Shown piece by piece: positions 26,408 through 37,183 of a stretch of 64,000 nucleotides of DNA. Numbering within the stretch: the stretch's first letter is position 1; each line of letters opens with the position of its first letter. Source of the DNA: a virus. Both the position numbers and the translations under genes were made by a program. Where the stretch lies: positions 70,438 to 134,437 of the IMG/VR virus record IMGVR_UViG_3300028283_000002; one strand, 5' to 3'. The notes below the pieces were generated by a model, which searched no databases, was not told where the DNA came from, and saw only the letters and a list, made by a program, of their open reading frames with translations.

Positions 26408-27339
26408 TCGTATTCACCGTTTATTTTTATAGTATCGTCTTTGTCTTTCTTTGGATCGTAATCGTCTGCTCTCATACAAAATGCGTCTTTTTCATCTTCT
26501 TCTGGAAATTCTTCTTTAATAATTTCAACTAAATTTTCTAACTGTTTCTTTGTTGGTTTTTTACCGTCTGTTGTGTGCACAAATAAAGGGAGTTTGTCTA
26601 AGTACGCTGGTCTCTTCTTTTTCTTTTTATCTTCTTCATTAGAATTAATAAAGGCTCCACCATTTTCCTCTTCTATTTCGTCAATTAGTTTTTCCTTTTT
26701 CTTTTTATCAATCCATTCTTTATTCAATCTTGATTCTTCCATGATTTCTTCTTCATCAGTTACTTCAATATAATCAATATCCTGAACATCCTTTTCCATG
26801 TAATCAGCGTATTTAATAGGTGGTTCTGTAACATCACCAAATTCAGAGTAATCTATTTCGTCTTTACCTAGATCTTCGAATTCTATATCAATCTTGAGAA
26901 AATCTTTTAATTTATCACTTAACGTAGAGTCTTCTATTTCATCGTTTGTTTCCATATAATCTAAGATGACGTCGTCTTCTGAAGCGAAGACATCTTCGTC
27001 TTCTACGTATTCTTTATTATACATTCTTTCTTCGTAATCGTCGTCATCGTCGTCTGATTCTTCAAGAGTTTCGTCTTCGTAGTTGAGTATCATTTCCTCT
27101 ATCTCTTCCATATTTTCTTCTTCGGCGTAGATTTTCAGTCTTTCCATAAATGCGTCATAGTGATCATCATCTTCAAAATCAGACTCATCGTCTCTATAAC
27201 TTAGAATATACTCTTTGAGTTCGTCAATATAATCGTCTTTACCCATGATATATCTAATAACATAGATATAAGGTTTTGTTTGATTATAGTGTGGTTTATC
27301 ACCACCTACGAAATCGCTAAAACTCGTTAACTTTGCCAT
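26404..27339 (-). CDS. Highly acidic protein with CTS-like N-terminus
   Basis: MAKLTSFSDF; very D/E-rich. Confidence 0.7.
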   Translation of the reverse strand: MAKLTSFSDFVGGDKPHYNQTKPYIYVIRYIMGKDDYIDELKEYILSYRDDESDFEDDDHYDAFMERLKIYAEEENMEEIEEMILNYEDETLEESDDDDDDYEERMYNKEYVEDEDVFASEDDVILDYMETNDEIEDSTLSDKLKDFLKIDIEFEDLGKDEIDYSEFGDVTEPPIKYADYMEKDVQDIDYIEVTDEEEIMEESRLNKEWIDKKKKEKLIDEIEEENGGAFINSNEEDKKKKKRPAYLDKLPLFVHTTDGKKPTKKQLENLVEIIKEEFPEEDEKDAFCMRADDYDPKKDKDDTIKINGEYE

Positions 27340-27348
27340 TTTGTTTAG

Positions 27349-27603
27349 TTATTTTTTAACAAATGTTTTTGTATATAAATCGTATTTTATATAAAATAAT
27401 AGATTATATATTCCACTTTTTTCACATTTAGTGGCTCCAATTAATTGTGCACCATTTTCTAAATCATCTAATTGTCCAACTTCACCCATAGTCTCATCTA
27501 AATCAACATATGCTTTTTGTTCATTTTTAATATCTTCTATGGCTATTTCCATTCCACGAATAACTTTATTTGTTCTCTCAATAAATTCTTCTTTAGTTAT
27601 CAT
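27349..27603 (-). CDS. Hypothetical protein
   Basis: Operonic ORF. Confidence 0.6.
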   Translation of the reverse strand: MITKEEFIERTNKVIRGMEIAIEDIKNEQKAYVDLDETMGEVGQLDDLENGAQLIGATKCEKSGIYNLLFYIKYDLYTKTFVKK

Positions 27604-27617
27604 AATATTATCTTTTT

Positions 27618-27806
27618 TTATTCGACACTATAATAAGAAGTCATTACCATAACGTTAGGACCAAAACTGTTGGGTTCAATATCAATTGAACTGATCATTT
27701 TTGTTAGATATAATGTATCTCCTTTTTCTAATTCGTTATTTACTTTATTAACTAATTCATTCATTAATACTGATTCACAATGTTGAATAGTTTTATCGGT
27801 GCCCAT
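27618..27806 (-). CDS. Small protein with two major-capsid-like segments
   Basis: ESVLMNELVNKVNNEL and EPNSFGPNVMVMTSY. Confidence 0.5.
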   Translation of the reverse strand: MGTDKTIQHCESVLMNELVNKVNNELEKGDTLYLTKMISSIDIEPNSFGPNVMVMTSYYSVE

Positions 27807-27925
27807 TTTATTTTATATATTATTCTATAATGGTCCTTATATTATATTTTATATTCAAAGTTTAAATTGGAAAAATATGACTTTAACATATTAATATATA
27901 GGCTTAACCAAAATAATTTTAAAAT

Positions 27926-29163
27926 ATGAATAACGTAATAACAACATATGACGACTTCTTAAATGAAGGATTGTTAGATGATACTAAAGCTAAGATTTTG
28001 AAATGGTGGAACAACTTTCAGAATAGAGATAATGTAATAAGAAAGATTCATATGTATCTTAACGCTGGTTCGTGGGGAGTCTTTTCATTTTCATAGCCAC
28101 TCTTATAGCAATGTGGACACCTACTGATATTGGTAGAACTATACAGTCTTTAATTACAAATAACAAGTTAATGTATTGGGCTATTTTTGTCATGTTGAGT
28201 AATGTAAATACTGGCGATAAACAATTAATGAAAAAAAGAAAAGAATTAGTAGAAAAGAAAATGAAAGAACTCAGAGATATGTTCGCTGAGAAAAATTATA
28301 CTAGTCATTATTACGTTGTTTTGGGTGATAAAAAAGATATTAAATCAGTACTGGATAAACTTAAAGCAGATGATCTTATTACTGATGCAAATATTATTGA
28401 CGTTGCTGATGTAACATTGGTTGATTTTTCAAAAACTTATAACATTAAAGATCCAGATAAATCTGTAGATCCTTATGGCGAAGAAGATTGGGCTGATAAA
28501 GATGTTGATGAGAGAGAGGCTTTACAAATATCAAACGCTGCAAAGAATTTAGAAGATAAATATAAAGTCAATTTCAGAAAAGTAGAAGACGTGGTAGATT
28601 ATATGGATAATAAATGGGAAGATTTTTCTGTAGCCAAGAAATTAACAAAATTTGGTAAAACTACATCTAAAATGTGGGACAGAGAATATCAAAGAGGTAT
28701 AGATAGAGTAAAACAAAGAAGAGAAGAAAGAAATAGACCACCAGAACCAGTCTTCTTCGATGATGAAGATGATATTCCAGATGATCCTATGGGTGATTAT
28801 TATTTTAATGAAATGCCAAACGATTTAGAATATAATAAAGTGCCTTTGACTGACGCCGAAGCAAAAAATTATAATGTCGGTGACGTAATACCAATTGGAG
28901 GTGAAGACTATACTATAACTAGAATAGATCCAGAAGAAGATGAAGCCTTCGCATATCCAAACAGATTATTACCAAATAATTGGTTAGAAGAAGAAAGAGC
29001 TAAAGGCAACGTAAAAGATTTACCAGATGGTAATCGTGACGGTCATAATTATCCAAGAGTAGCTGTTAAAATTGAACCACCAAAGAAAAGATTTATGGAT
29101 AGATTCAAGGACTTTGTAGTTCCTGGATTCGATGTAAAACCACCAGAAGTAATGGAAAGATAA
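27926..29163 (+). CDS. Membrane-associated internal protein with CTS-like N-terminus and DPYGEExW tag; frameshifted at about 28070-28090
   Basis: Upstream frame MNNVITTYDDFLNE... stops at 28096; the 28072 ORF carries hydrophobic segments and VDPYGEEDW. Confidence 0.7.
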
Positions 29164-29164
29164 T

Positions 29165-29533
29165 ATGATAAAAGATTTTCAATTATTTATCGAAGCGATT
29201 CGTTGGTACGAAAAAGGAAAACTAGGCGAAAAAGAAGTTAAAGAAGTCACAGAAGAAGTCTTTAGAGTCGGTGATAACGTTGGGCCTATAGATGCATTTA
29301 ATATTCATAAATGGCACGATGGATACGAAGTAAAACACCCAGCTCCAGGTGAAAACGGATTTTGGGAAGAATCTAGGGCTTTTAGCAATGAGCCATTAAA
29401 TCAATATTGGGAAGTTAATGCGGTCTGTGATTTTAACAGAGATGGATACGATGGTCAATTAATTCAATTAACAGATAAATACCCTTGGTACCAAGCAATG
29501 GGTTTTAAAAAAGTAAATAAATATGGCGAATAA
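29165..29533 (+). CDS. Hypothetical internal protein (CTS-like N-terminus plus RWYxxGKL)
   Basis: MIKDFQLFIEAIRWYEKGKL; FRVGDNV. Confidence 0.7.
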   Translation: MIKDFQLFIEAIRWYEKGKLGEKEVKEVTEEVFRVGDNVGPIDAFNIHKWHDGYEVKHPAPGENGFWEESRAFSNEPLNQYWEVNAVCDFNRDGYDGQLIQLTDKYPWYQAMGFKKVNKYGE

Positions 29534-30194
29534 AATATCAATTAGAGACATAGAAGCAGCCATCAAAGAATCAATGAAAGGCAGTGAAATACAATTTTCA
29601 GATTCAGTCTACGAAGAAAAATCTGGCAAACTTCGCCTCATAATCTTCTTCAATAAACTTTTTACTAGCACCAACGTGGTCCTCTATACTAAACTTCTTT
29701 TCGAAGTTGATAAAAATAAAGAATATCTTGTAGAAAATAGCAGTGGGCAAAATTTCTTTAAATATTTATATGATATTAATTGCCAATATAATATGAAAAT
29801 TATTGATGATATAAATGATTTTAAGACACAATGGAAGAAGATTATAGATAGTAATGAATTTGGTCCAAATTTAAAAGTGTTATCTGAGTTTATAAAGCAA
29901 CCTTCATTCATCGTTAATGAGTGGTTTAATAAGAATGATGTGAAGGATATATCTATGACTGGGTTTAAATATGAACCTAAGATGAAGATAATGCCTTGTA
30001 AGATATTATCGTTTCATTTTGTAATGAATGTGAATAATTCGGAAGAAGTGGAATTATTTATAAAGAAAGAGGGTAAGAATGATTTTATGTTAACTTTTAC
30101 TATTAATGGTAAGAAAGTAGATGTAGAGAAACCAGATTTAAGTGCTTTGGTGCAAACTATTGGAGAAACTCTAAAAGATAATATGGGACAATGA
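29523..30194 (+). CDS. Hypothetical protein
   Basis: 223-aa operonic ORF. Confidence 0.7.
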   Translation: MANKISIRDIEAAIKESMKGSEIQFSDSVYEEKSGKLRLIIFFNKLFTSTNVVLYTKLLFEVDKNKEYLVENSSGQNFFKYLYDINCQYNMKIIDDINDFKTQWKKIIDSNEFGPNLKVLSEFIKQPSFIVNEWFNKNDVKDISMTGFKYEPKMKIMPCKILSFHFVMNVNNSEEVELFIKKEGKNDFMLTFTINGKKVDVEKPDLSALVQTIGETLKDNMGQ

Positions 30195-30607
30195 TTAAGT
30201 TATTTGAAGCATATAAAAAGAATTTTTCATTTGGACATGAAATTGAAAATTTCAAAGATTTCTACGTTGTTGAAAACGTTGGTAAATTATTTGATATGTG
30301 CGATAAGAATGGCAACGAAGTTGTAAGATACATGACTCTTCTATGTGATAGTAATAAAGTGAAAATAGAAAAGCAAGACGGTAACATTATAAAATTTAGA
30401 GGGTACACTTCAACTGATAATATGTCTTCTGCTTTTTTAAAAACCTTCTGGGACGTGAATATTGAAAAATGGAGATATATAATTTATTTAGTTGATAGTA
30501 AAGGTGGGGAATATAGAACATCTGTAAACGATAAAATAACCTTTTATAGATCAAAGGGAATAATATCACCTTTAGATCCATATGGAGAGGAGGTTTGGGA
30601 TGATTAA
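30191..30607 (+). CDS. CTS-like and DPYGEExW-tagged protein
   Basis: MIKLFE...; ends PLDPYGEEVWDD. Confidence 0.75.
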   Translation: MIKLFEAYKKNFSFGHEIENFKDFYVVENVGKLFDMCDKNGNEVVRYMTLLCDSNKVKIEKQDGNIIKFRGYTSTDNMSSAFLKTFWDVNIEKWRYIIYLVDSKGGEYRTSVNDKITFYRSKGIISPLDPYGEEVWDD

Positions 30608-31022
30608 AAATTACCTAACATATATAAGAGAAAATGTTGAATTTGATGAACCCCCTATTAATTTAAAGGATTTCACTCCTAAATACGTTTTTGATTATTA
30701 TAAAGAAAAATATTGTGAAAAAGATAAGATGTTCAGGTACTGTGAATGGACTAAAATGTATGTAGATTTCATATTAAAAACATTAGAAATAGATAAATAT
30801 ATTATATTTAATGGTAATTCGCCAGGTGAAAGTAATGAACTACATAGTGGTTATATTAAAAAAGTTTTACAACCAGATAATCAAAAAGCTATAATTCATA
30901 TTATTTTAGATGACGGTATTGAGTACGGTATGTACCCAGGTGAAACGGTTAGAATATTTGATAAAGAACCAGAAAAGATATATAGAGAAGAAGATCCGTA
31001 CGGTGAAGAAGAATGGTATTAA
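30600..31022 (+). CDS. CTS-like and DPYGEExW-tagged protein (start revised to 30600)
   Basis: MIKNYLTYIRE; ends EEDPYGEEEWY. Confidence 0.75.
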   Translation: MIKNYLTYIRENVEFDEPPINLKDFTPKYVFDYYKEKYCEKDKMFRYCEWTKMYVDFILKTLEIDKYIIFNGNSPGESNELHSGYIKKVLQPDNQKAIIHIILDDGIEYGMYPGETVRIFDKEPEKIYREEDPYGEEEWY

Positions 31023-31065
31023 GCAGAGCCAATTTTAATATATAAAAGAAAAAAGACATCCGCAA

Positions 31066-32904
31066 ATGCAAATAATAAATTTCATAGAACTCCAATATGA
31101 TAAACTTAGCGAACAAATAAAAAACTGGTTGCAAGTAACTTATTCTAAATCAGATATAAACTTCAGCGAAGCGTCAACATACGGACAAATACTTAAAGTT
31201 GATAAAGAACTTTTTACTCACAATATTATTTATAATAAGAACTCTGTTAATCAAATTGCTATAGACTACGCTACTGATGATAGAATCATAGGTAATTTAG
31301 CTCGTATAAGTGGACATAATCCAACACGTCCTATATCAGCAACTGGGACAATCAATCTCAAACTTAAAACAGGTATTGATATTGAAAGCCAAATTGGTGG
31401 TTCGAAAATCAAAATAAATAATAGAACTCTCCTTAAAAATAAATCAAATAGCCTTTATTATAACATAGTTCTAGGTACAGATTACGTTCTATACGACGTT
31501 ACAGCAGACATGACTATTCAACTTAACGTTATACAAGGTCAATACGAATCACAACAATTCACAGGACAAGGAGTTAAAAATCAATCATTTAGTGTTAATG
31601 TTGATGGTATAACCAACATTGAGAATTTCAATTTTGCTGTATTTTATAATGGGTTGTTGTTAAGTCCTAAGGTTGGTATGGTTGATATGTTACCTAATGA
31701 ATTTGCTTTCTTTTCAAGAACTGGTTTTCAAGGTGGTTTAGATATTTATTTTGGAACTGGTGATTTTGGATTTGTGCCAGGTATTGGTTCTATAATTGAG
31801 TGTAGATATTTATTATCAGACGGTAAGAATGGTAATATTCTTAATAATAAAGTAAATGATTTCACATTTATTGATTCAGTATATGACGGTAACGGTGATA
31901 TATTATCAATGGAAACTTTGTTTGATATAACAGTAGAAAATGATATAACTTTTGGTGCAGATAAAGAGAACAAAGTTTTCACAAAGAATGTTGTACCTTT
32001 TGTATCTAGAAATTTTGTTCTAGCTACACCTGATCAATTTATTTACACATTAAAAAAATTAAATATGTTTTCGCTTATCAATGCTTATAATACTCTCGAT
32101 GAGAACAACGTAAATAATAACACTTATATTGATCAATTTATCACTGCTACATTTGGACAGAACGTTCCAAACAGGGATAAAATAAGAGAAAGTTTAAAAG
32201 ACTTTTTTCCTAACATTTATGATAACGTTATTTATTTATATTTAATACCAAACGTTAAAAATTATTTTGTTAGTGATTATAATTACTTCACAATACCTTT
32301 TGACGCTTTTTATCTTGATGCTAACGAAAAGAAAAAAGTAATGGATTATCTAAGACAAATGGGAACTTTATCTATTACAACCAATGTTAAGATAGTTGAT
32401 CCTGTTATCTCAAGATATGTTATAAATGTTTACGTAAGAAGATTTAGTGACGACTTTGAAGATAATATTAGAAATAAAATAATTGGTATTGTATCTGATT
32501 ATTTTATCAATGTAAATAGATATGATAGAATAGTTAAAGCTGATTTAATTACAAAAATAAAAGAGCAAGTGTCTGGCGTTGATAGTGTTAACTTAGATTT
32601 TATTTGTAAAAAGAACGAAGATTATCACAGAGATCGTAATATTAATGTAGTTAACGCAAATGTAGCGAACACGAACGATCCGACTTTGTTAGCTCCTCCG
32701 ACCCCAGTGAATCCAGATAGGTATGACCCAAATAAAGTTTTGGGATTAGATCCAGTTCAAGGAGATATAGTAGCTGATAAGACTGAGTTTGCTGTATTAA
32801 GAGGTGGTTGGTACGATAGAAATGGCATTTATTATAACGATGTGCCAATTATAAATGGTTTATCTACAATAAATATTGTTTGGACTGGTGTAAGTGTAAA
32901 ATAA
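31066..32904 (+). CDS. Baseplate wedge protein (T4 gp6 / baseplate-J-like)
   Basis: F.EAS.YG, LAR..G..P.R..SATG, IYFG.G.FG..P, Y..SDG..GN, GADKE, R..LATP. Confidence 0.8.
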   Translation: MQIINFIELQYDKLSEQIKNWLQVTYSKSDINFSEASTYGQILKVDKELFTHNIIYNKNSVNQIAIDYATDDRIIGNLARISGHNPTRPISATGTINLKLKTGIDIESQIGGSKIKINNRTLLKNKSNSLYYNIVLGTDYVLYDVTADMTIQLNVIQGQYESQQFTGQGVKNQSFSVNVDGITNIENFNFAVFYNGLLLSPKVGMVDMLPNEFAFFSRTGFQGGLDIYFGTGDFGFVPGIGSIIECRYLLSDGKNGNILNNKVNDFTFIDSVYDGNGDILSMETLFDITVENDITFGADKENKVFTKNVVPFVSRNFVLATPDQFIYTLKKLNMFSLINAYNTLDENNVNNNTYIDQFITATFGQNVPNRDKIRESLKDFFPNIYDNVIYLYLIPNVKNYFVSDYNYFTIPFDAFYLDANEKKKVMDYLRQMGTLSITTNVKIVDPVISRYVINVYVRRFSDDFEDNIRNKIIGIVSDYFINVNRYDRIVKADLITKIKEQVSGVDSVNLDFICKKNEDYHRDRNINVVNANVANTNDPTLLAPPTPVNPDRYDPNKVLGLDPVQGDIVADKTEFAVLRGGWYDRNGIYYNDVPIINGLSTINIVWTGVSVK

Positions 32905-32933
32905 AATAGAATTAAAATTTTATATATAGCTTT

Positions 32934-33443
32934 ATGTTGAAAATATATCAAGAATTCTTAGCAGTAAATGAAGAGATGGCAGCATTTGATCCGTCAGATA
33001 GATTAAGATGGGCTGTTCATGAAATTATGATGCGTCTTAAAGACGGTGCTATTATAAAATTTGCTGATATGAGTAAAGTTTTAAAATCTGATTTTAAAAT
33101 TGATATCTCAGAAGGAATACTTAAAGATATATTCGACTCGTGGGACAGATACAACGATCCAGATTATAGTTTCTTTAAAAAAGAAGATAAAAACTGGATG
33201 GATGCTTTTTGTTTCCAAGGACACGTTAAACGTAAATGTAGAGATAAACAAAGTTTCGGTAAACATAGAAAGAAAGAAGTAACATATTCAACTGGCAACG
33301 CATATGGTTATTGGCGAGGTAATAAATGGATACCATATAACACTGGTGTAAGTAGAACAGTAAAGGGCACAACTGCTTTTGATGATCTAGAGGATGATAG
33401 ATGGACGAACCCTTACGGTAAGGGTGTTTATTATGGTGATTAA
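32934..33443 (+). CDS. Hypothetical internal protein (CTS-like N-terminus)
   Basis: MLKIYQEFLAVNEE is very close to T4 MKTYQEFIAE; degenerate NPYG near the C-terminus. Confidence 0.7.
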   Translation: MLKIYQEFLAVNEEMAAFDPSDRLRWAVHEIMMRLKDGAIIKFADMSKVLKSDFKIDISEGILKDIFDSWDRYNDPDYSFFKKEDKNWMDAFCFQGHVKRKCRDKQSFGKHRKKEVTYSTGNAYGYWRGNKWIPYNTGVSRTVKGTTAFDDLEDDRWTNPYGKGVYYGD

Positions 33444-33455
33444 AAAATTTATAAA

Positions 33456-34037
33456 ATGGTGAAGAAATATAAGCAATTTCTGTTTGAATGGGGATACGGA
33501 GGTGAAGGTGGTGCAGCTTCTAAAGATCCTATTAAAGTTAGAAGTGCTATGCTTACAGAAATAGATCCATTAGAAGCCAAAGAAGAAGAAGAAGAGGAAG
33601 AAGATAATAGTGATATTCCTATCCTATCAGATACTAACGAATCAGTTGATAATGAAGAATTAGATCCTTACGGGGAAGAAGTTTGGGACGGTGATTTACC
33701 GAGTTATAGTTATAGAGAATGGAATGACGGTATATATAGTTTCTTAAAACAATTAAAAAATACATTCATAGATGAATGTCTTGCTGGTCTAGAAAGAGTA
33801 GAGCAAAAAGACGCGGAAGAATGGTTAGATGATATATTGAATGAAATAGAAGACGGTGATTACGATTTTAGTTCAGATGATATTAGAGCCATACGTGACG
33901 ATATAGACGATTTACTTGAATTATGTGTGGATAATGAAGATGATGATAGAGTCGAAGGTCCTGATCCAGATGAGTACTACGATAGAAAACGTGAAGAAGA
34001 ATACGAAAGATTCGAAAGGGAGTACGAGGATAAATAA
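33456..34037 (+). CDS. Acidic protein with CTS-like N-terminus and DPYGEExW tag
   Basis: MVKKYKQFLFE; ELDPYGEEVW; D/E-rich. Confidence 0.75.
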   Translation: MVKKYKQFLFEWGYGGEGGAASKDPIKVRSAMLTEIDPLEAKEEEEEEEDNSDIPILSDTNESVDNEELDPYGEEVWDGDLPSYSYREWNDGIYSFLKQLKNTFIDECLAGLERVEQKDAEEWLDDILNEIEDGDYDFSSDDIRAIRDDIDDLLELCVDNEDDDRVEGPDPDEYYDRKREEEYERFEREYEDK

Positions 34038-34048
34038 TATATACACGT

Positions 34049-34306
34049 ATGATAGAAAGAGAATCCCAAATAAAAGAGTTGTTCGACCTTAAACATAGAA
34101 AAGATAATGAAATACATCAACATTTCGATTACGAGAACGAGTTGATGAATAAGATGATGCCAGAGTACGCCAGAAGAAATGATACAGTAAATGAATTCGT
34201 TTTAAGAATTCAAAAATTATTTGTTTGGGGAATTGAAGCTCAATTAACAATTCGTAATTTTTATAACTATAGCGTGAATAAGTACTACTCCCGTCATTCA
34301 AATTAA
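34049..34306 (+). CDS. Hypothetical late protein
   Basis: Preceded by TAATATATA. Confidence 0.6.
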   Translation: MIERESQIKELFDLKHRKDNEIHQHFDYENELMNKMMPEYARRNDTVNEFVLRIQKLFVWGIEAQLTIRNFYNYSVNKYYSRHSN

Positions 34307-34368
34307 TTATAGAAATTACTAAACTTCAATATAAAATATTTATATATAGTATAAAAGAAATACTATTT

Positions 34369-35928
34369 ATGATATTATCTGAAGAAGTTAAAATAAGATT
34401 AAATTATAAAAATAAAGAACATTTTAAAAATTTAGGTTATGATATTGATAATAAGTTTATCAATGTCAGGGTTGAACATTTAAATAAAGGTTCTCATGTT
34501 ATAGTCAAAATTAAATGTGATGAATGTGAAATAGAAAAAGAAATACAATATTTTGCTTATATAAAATATTTATCAAGAAGTAAGGATAGTAAATATCGTT
34601 GTGGTAAATGTAATCAAATAGATAGAAAAAGCACCAATATTGAAAGATATGGAGAAGATTCTCCTATAAAAATCAAAGAGTTTAGAGATAATAGAAATAA
34701 AACCATTATTGATAAATATGGAACTGATCACCCTTGCAAAAATAAAGATGTTAAAAATAAGATATTTAATACTAATTTAGAAAGATATGGAGTAAAATAT
34801 GTCCCTTTAAATGAAGAAATTCGAGATAAAATTATAAAAACAAATTATATAAAATATGGGGGAGTTAGTAATTTATCTTCGCGAATAGAAAGAGATAAAA
34901 TAGAAGATATAATGCTAGATAGATACGGGTTCAAATATTCTTTACAAATAAAATCTATAAGAGACGTTATAGTTGAAAGAGGATTAATTACAAGAAAAAA
35001 TAAAATCAAAGATGATTATAAGAATATAATAGACATTATAGGAACAGATTATACTGTCAAATGTGATTGTGGCAATGATCATGATTTTGTTATAAATTCT
35101 TATAATTTTTATCAAAGAATAAAATATGGTACTACTATATGTACAATATGTAATCCGATTGATAAACATATTTCTGGTTTGGAAATAGATTTTGTTAATT
35201 TCATTAAGGATGAGTATAGAGGAGATATATTGATTAATAATAGAGATATAATACCACCACAAGAAATTGATGTTTATTTTCCAGATTTAAAAGTTGGTTT
35301 CGAGTTTAATGGATTATATTGGCATAGTGATGAATATAAGGAAATTGAATATCATAAAAACAAAATAGAAATTGCCAATAAAAAAGGCATTAAACTCTTA
35401 CATGTTTATGATGATGATTGGAGATATAAGAAAGATATAATAAAAAATGATATAAGAAGAATAATAAATCCGAATAAAAGTGACATAGAAGAAATATTTG
35501 AAGTGAATAATAGTATAGCTGAAATATATAACTACAATAATAATTTATACGGGTATTCAACGTCAAGTATAAATATATGTGGAACAAAAGACAATAATGT
35601 TGTTAGTATGATGAACATTAAAAAGAGTAAGAACGATTATGAGATAGTGAGATTGACAGGCGATGATAATTTTGATCAATTATTTAAATATTTTCTAAAT
35701 AAATATAAACCAAAGAGGGTGGTTGGATTTGTAAATAAAGATTGGAGTATTTATAATTTTTATGAAAGAAATGACTTCATGGTGGAAAATGAAACAGAAC
35801 CAGATTTTCACTATATAATAGATAATAAAAGGATGAAAAATATTGAAGGAACATTATTCGAAAATCAAATACAGAAAATATATGATTCTGGTAAAATATT
35901 TTACAAATTGGAAATACGAGACAAATAA
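34369..35928 (+). CDS. Putative homing endonuclease (zinc ribbons, RYG repeats, DUF559/Vsr-like nuclease domain)
   Basis: CDEC, CGKC, CTICNP; EIDVYFPD..FEFNGLYWHS; IYDSG; paralog of 59095-60624. Confidence 0.75.
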   Translation: MILSEEVKIRLNYKNKEHFKNLGYDIDNKFINVRVEHLNKGSHVIVKIKCDECEIEKEIQYFAYIKYLSRSKDSKYRCGKCNQIDRKSTNIERYGEDSPIKIKEFRDNRNKTIIDKYGTDHPCKNKDVKNKIFNTNLERYGVKYVPLNEEIRDKIIKTNYIKYGGVSNLSSRIERDKIEDIMLDRYGFKYSLQIKSIRDVIVERGLITRKNKIKDDYKNIIDIIGTDYTVKCDCGNDHDFVINSYNFYQRIKYGTTICTICNPIDKHISGLEIDFVNFIKDEYRGDILINNRDIIPPQEIDVYFPDLKVGFEFNGLYWHSDEYKEIEYHKNKIEIANKKGIKLLHVYDDDWRYKKDIIKNDIRRIINPNKSDIEEIFEVNNSIAEIYNYNNNLYGYSTSSINICGTKDNNVVSMMNIKKSKNDYEIVRLTGDDNFDQLFKYFLNKYKPKRVVGFVNKDWSIYNFYERNDFMVENETEPDFHYIIDNKRMKNIEGTLFENQIQKIYDSGKIFYKLEIRDK

Positions 35929-35960
35929 TATTCTATATATAAAAACAAAAGTTAAACCTA

Positions 35961-36347
35961 ATGGTTGAAGAAATAAAAGACGATAATATACATTTTTACG
36001 GCAAAGTAGCAAAAATGCCTAAAAATTCTAAAGCTGCCCAATCTTATACCTTCTTGGAGAAAATAAAAATATCCAAACAGAAGTTGTGGTATATCTTGAT
36101 CGAAAAGCAAGATAACGAACTTCAAATGATCAAGTATAATAATAAAAAGGGATTCAATTTGAGGGCTTTCGTCGATGGTTTAAAAAATTATTACGCTACT
36201 AACGAATCTATGAAACAATATATAGATAGATTAGAAATAGATGGAAACGATAAATTCTCTATCATAAAGAATATTCCCAACGTTGAAATAGACGGGAAGA
36301 AATTGATTTCTATCTTAGCGGAAGACCTTATCAAATTACTTAAATAA
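35961..36347 (+). CDS. Hypothetical protein
   Basis: Clean ORF after a TATATATA box. Confidence 0.65.
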   Translation: MVEEIKDDNIHFYGKVAKMPKNSKAAQSYTFLEKIKISKQKLWYILIEKQDNELQMIKYNNKKGFNLRAFVDGLKNYYATNESMKQYIDRLEIDGNDKFSIIKNIPNVEIDGKKLISILAEDLIKLLK

Positions 36348-36349
36348 TG

Positions 36350-37159
36350 TTAGGATTTAATTCTTATAAATTCACAGTTTAGAAGAGACTTTATTTCCAT
36401 CTCTTTTATGATGTCCTTCGATTTTAATTTTCCCATTCCATCGTAGTGATGTTTTTCATCATATTCATACGCGACATTATTTTCAGCATCATAACCGTCT
36501 AACCAATATCCCAATTCATTTATATGAAATTCCCCACCATTTTCAGCATGTTGTATATAACACCCATTTATTTTCATTAAATTGTTAAAATATTGACACG
36601 CTATTGGATTATAGTTTGGTATAATTTGACCAAATTTGGATTCTATCTCTTTAATTCTAGATAACCTCATTTTCATTTTACTTTCGGTTGTATGAAATTG
36701 ACCTGTTTTAGTCGATGATATTTTTTCCTTATGTTCGTTAGTTAAAATTTTTCCTTTATTTCCTTTTGATATTTTCAATTTTGTTTCATCAGACACTTTT
36801 CTCCCTTTTTGAGATTTTGACATTTTCTTTCTTGTTTCTTCTGACGCTTTTTTCCCAAAATTAGGAGACATTTCACCAGTTAATTGTGTTAATTTACCTA
36901 TTAAAGACATCTTTTTCTTATATTCCAAAGATTTTTTCTTTCCAGTTTGAGATTTTGACATTTTTAAAAGTGTTTCATTTGAAAATTTTCTACCTTTCAA
37001 TAATCCACTTATTCTATTTTTAGATTCAATTGATAAAGTTTTACCAATATGAGAGCAGGATAAACATTTTCTATTTTTCAATTCAGCTATCGTATAACTC
37101 GATTTTCTAGAATAACTAATTTTTTTTCCGCACATTGGACATTTTCTTATGAGATTCAT
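36350..37159 (-). CDS. NUMOD3-repeat homing endonuclease (Vsr/EDxHD-like catalytic domain)
   Basis: CPMCG, SEETRKKMSKSQKG repeats, LDGYD....EYDEKHH. Confidence 0.75.
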   Translation of the reverse strand: MNLIRKCPMCGKKISYSRKSSYTIAELKNRKCLSCSHIGKTLSIESKNRISGLLKGRKFSNETLLKMSKSQTGKKKSLEYKKKMSLIGKLTQLTGEMSPNFGKKASEETRKKMSKSQKGRKVSDETKLKISKGNKGKILTNEHKEKISSTKTGQFHTTESKMKMRLSRIKEIESKFGQIIPNYNPIACQYFNNLMKINGCYIQHAENGGEFHINELGYWLDGYDAENNVAYEYDEKHHYDGMGKLKSKDIIKEMEIKSLLNCEFIRIKS

Positions 37160-37183
37160 AATTATATATATTAATAATTAAAT

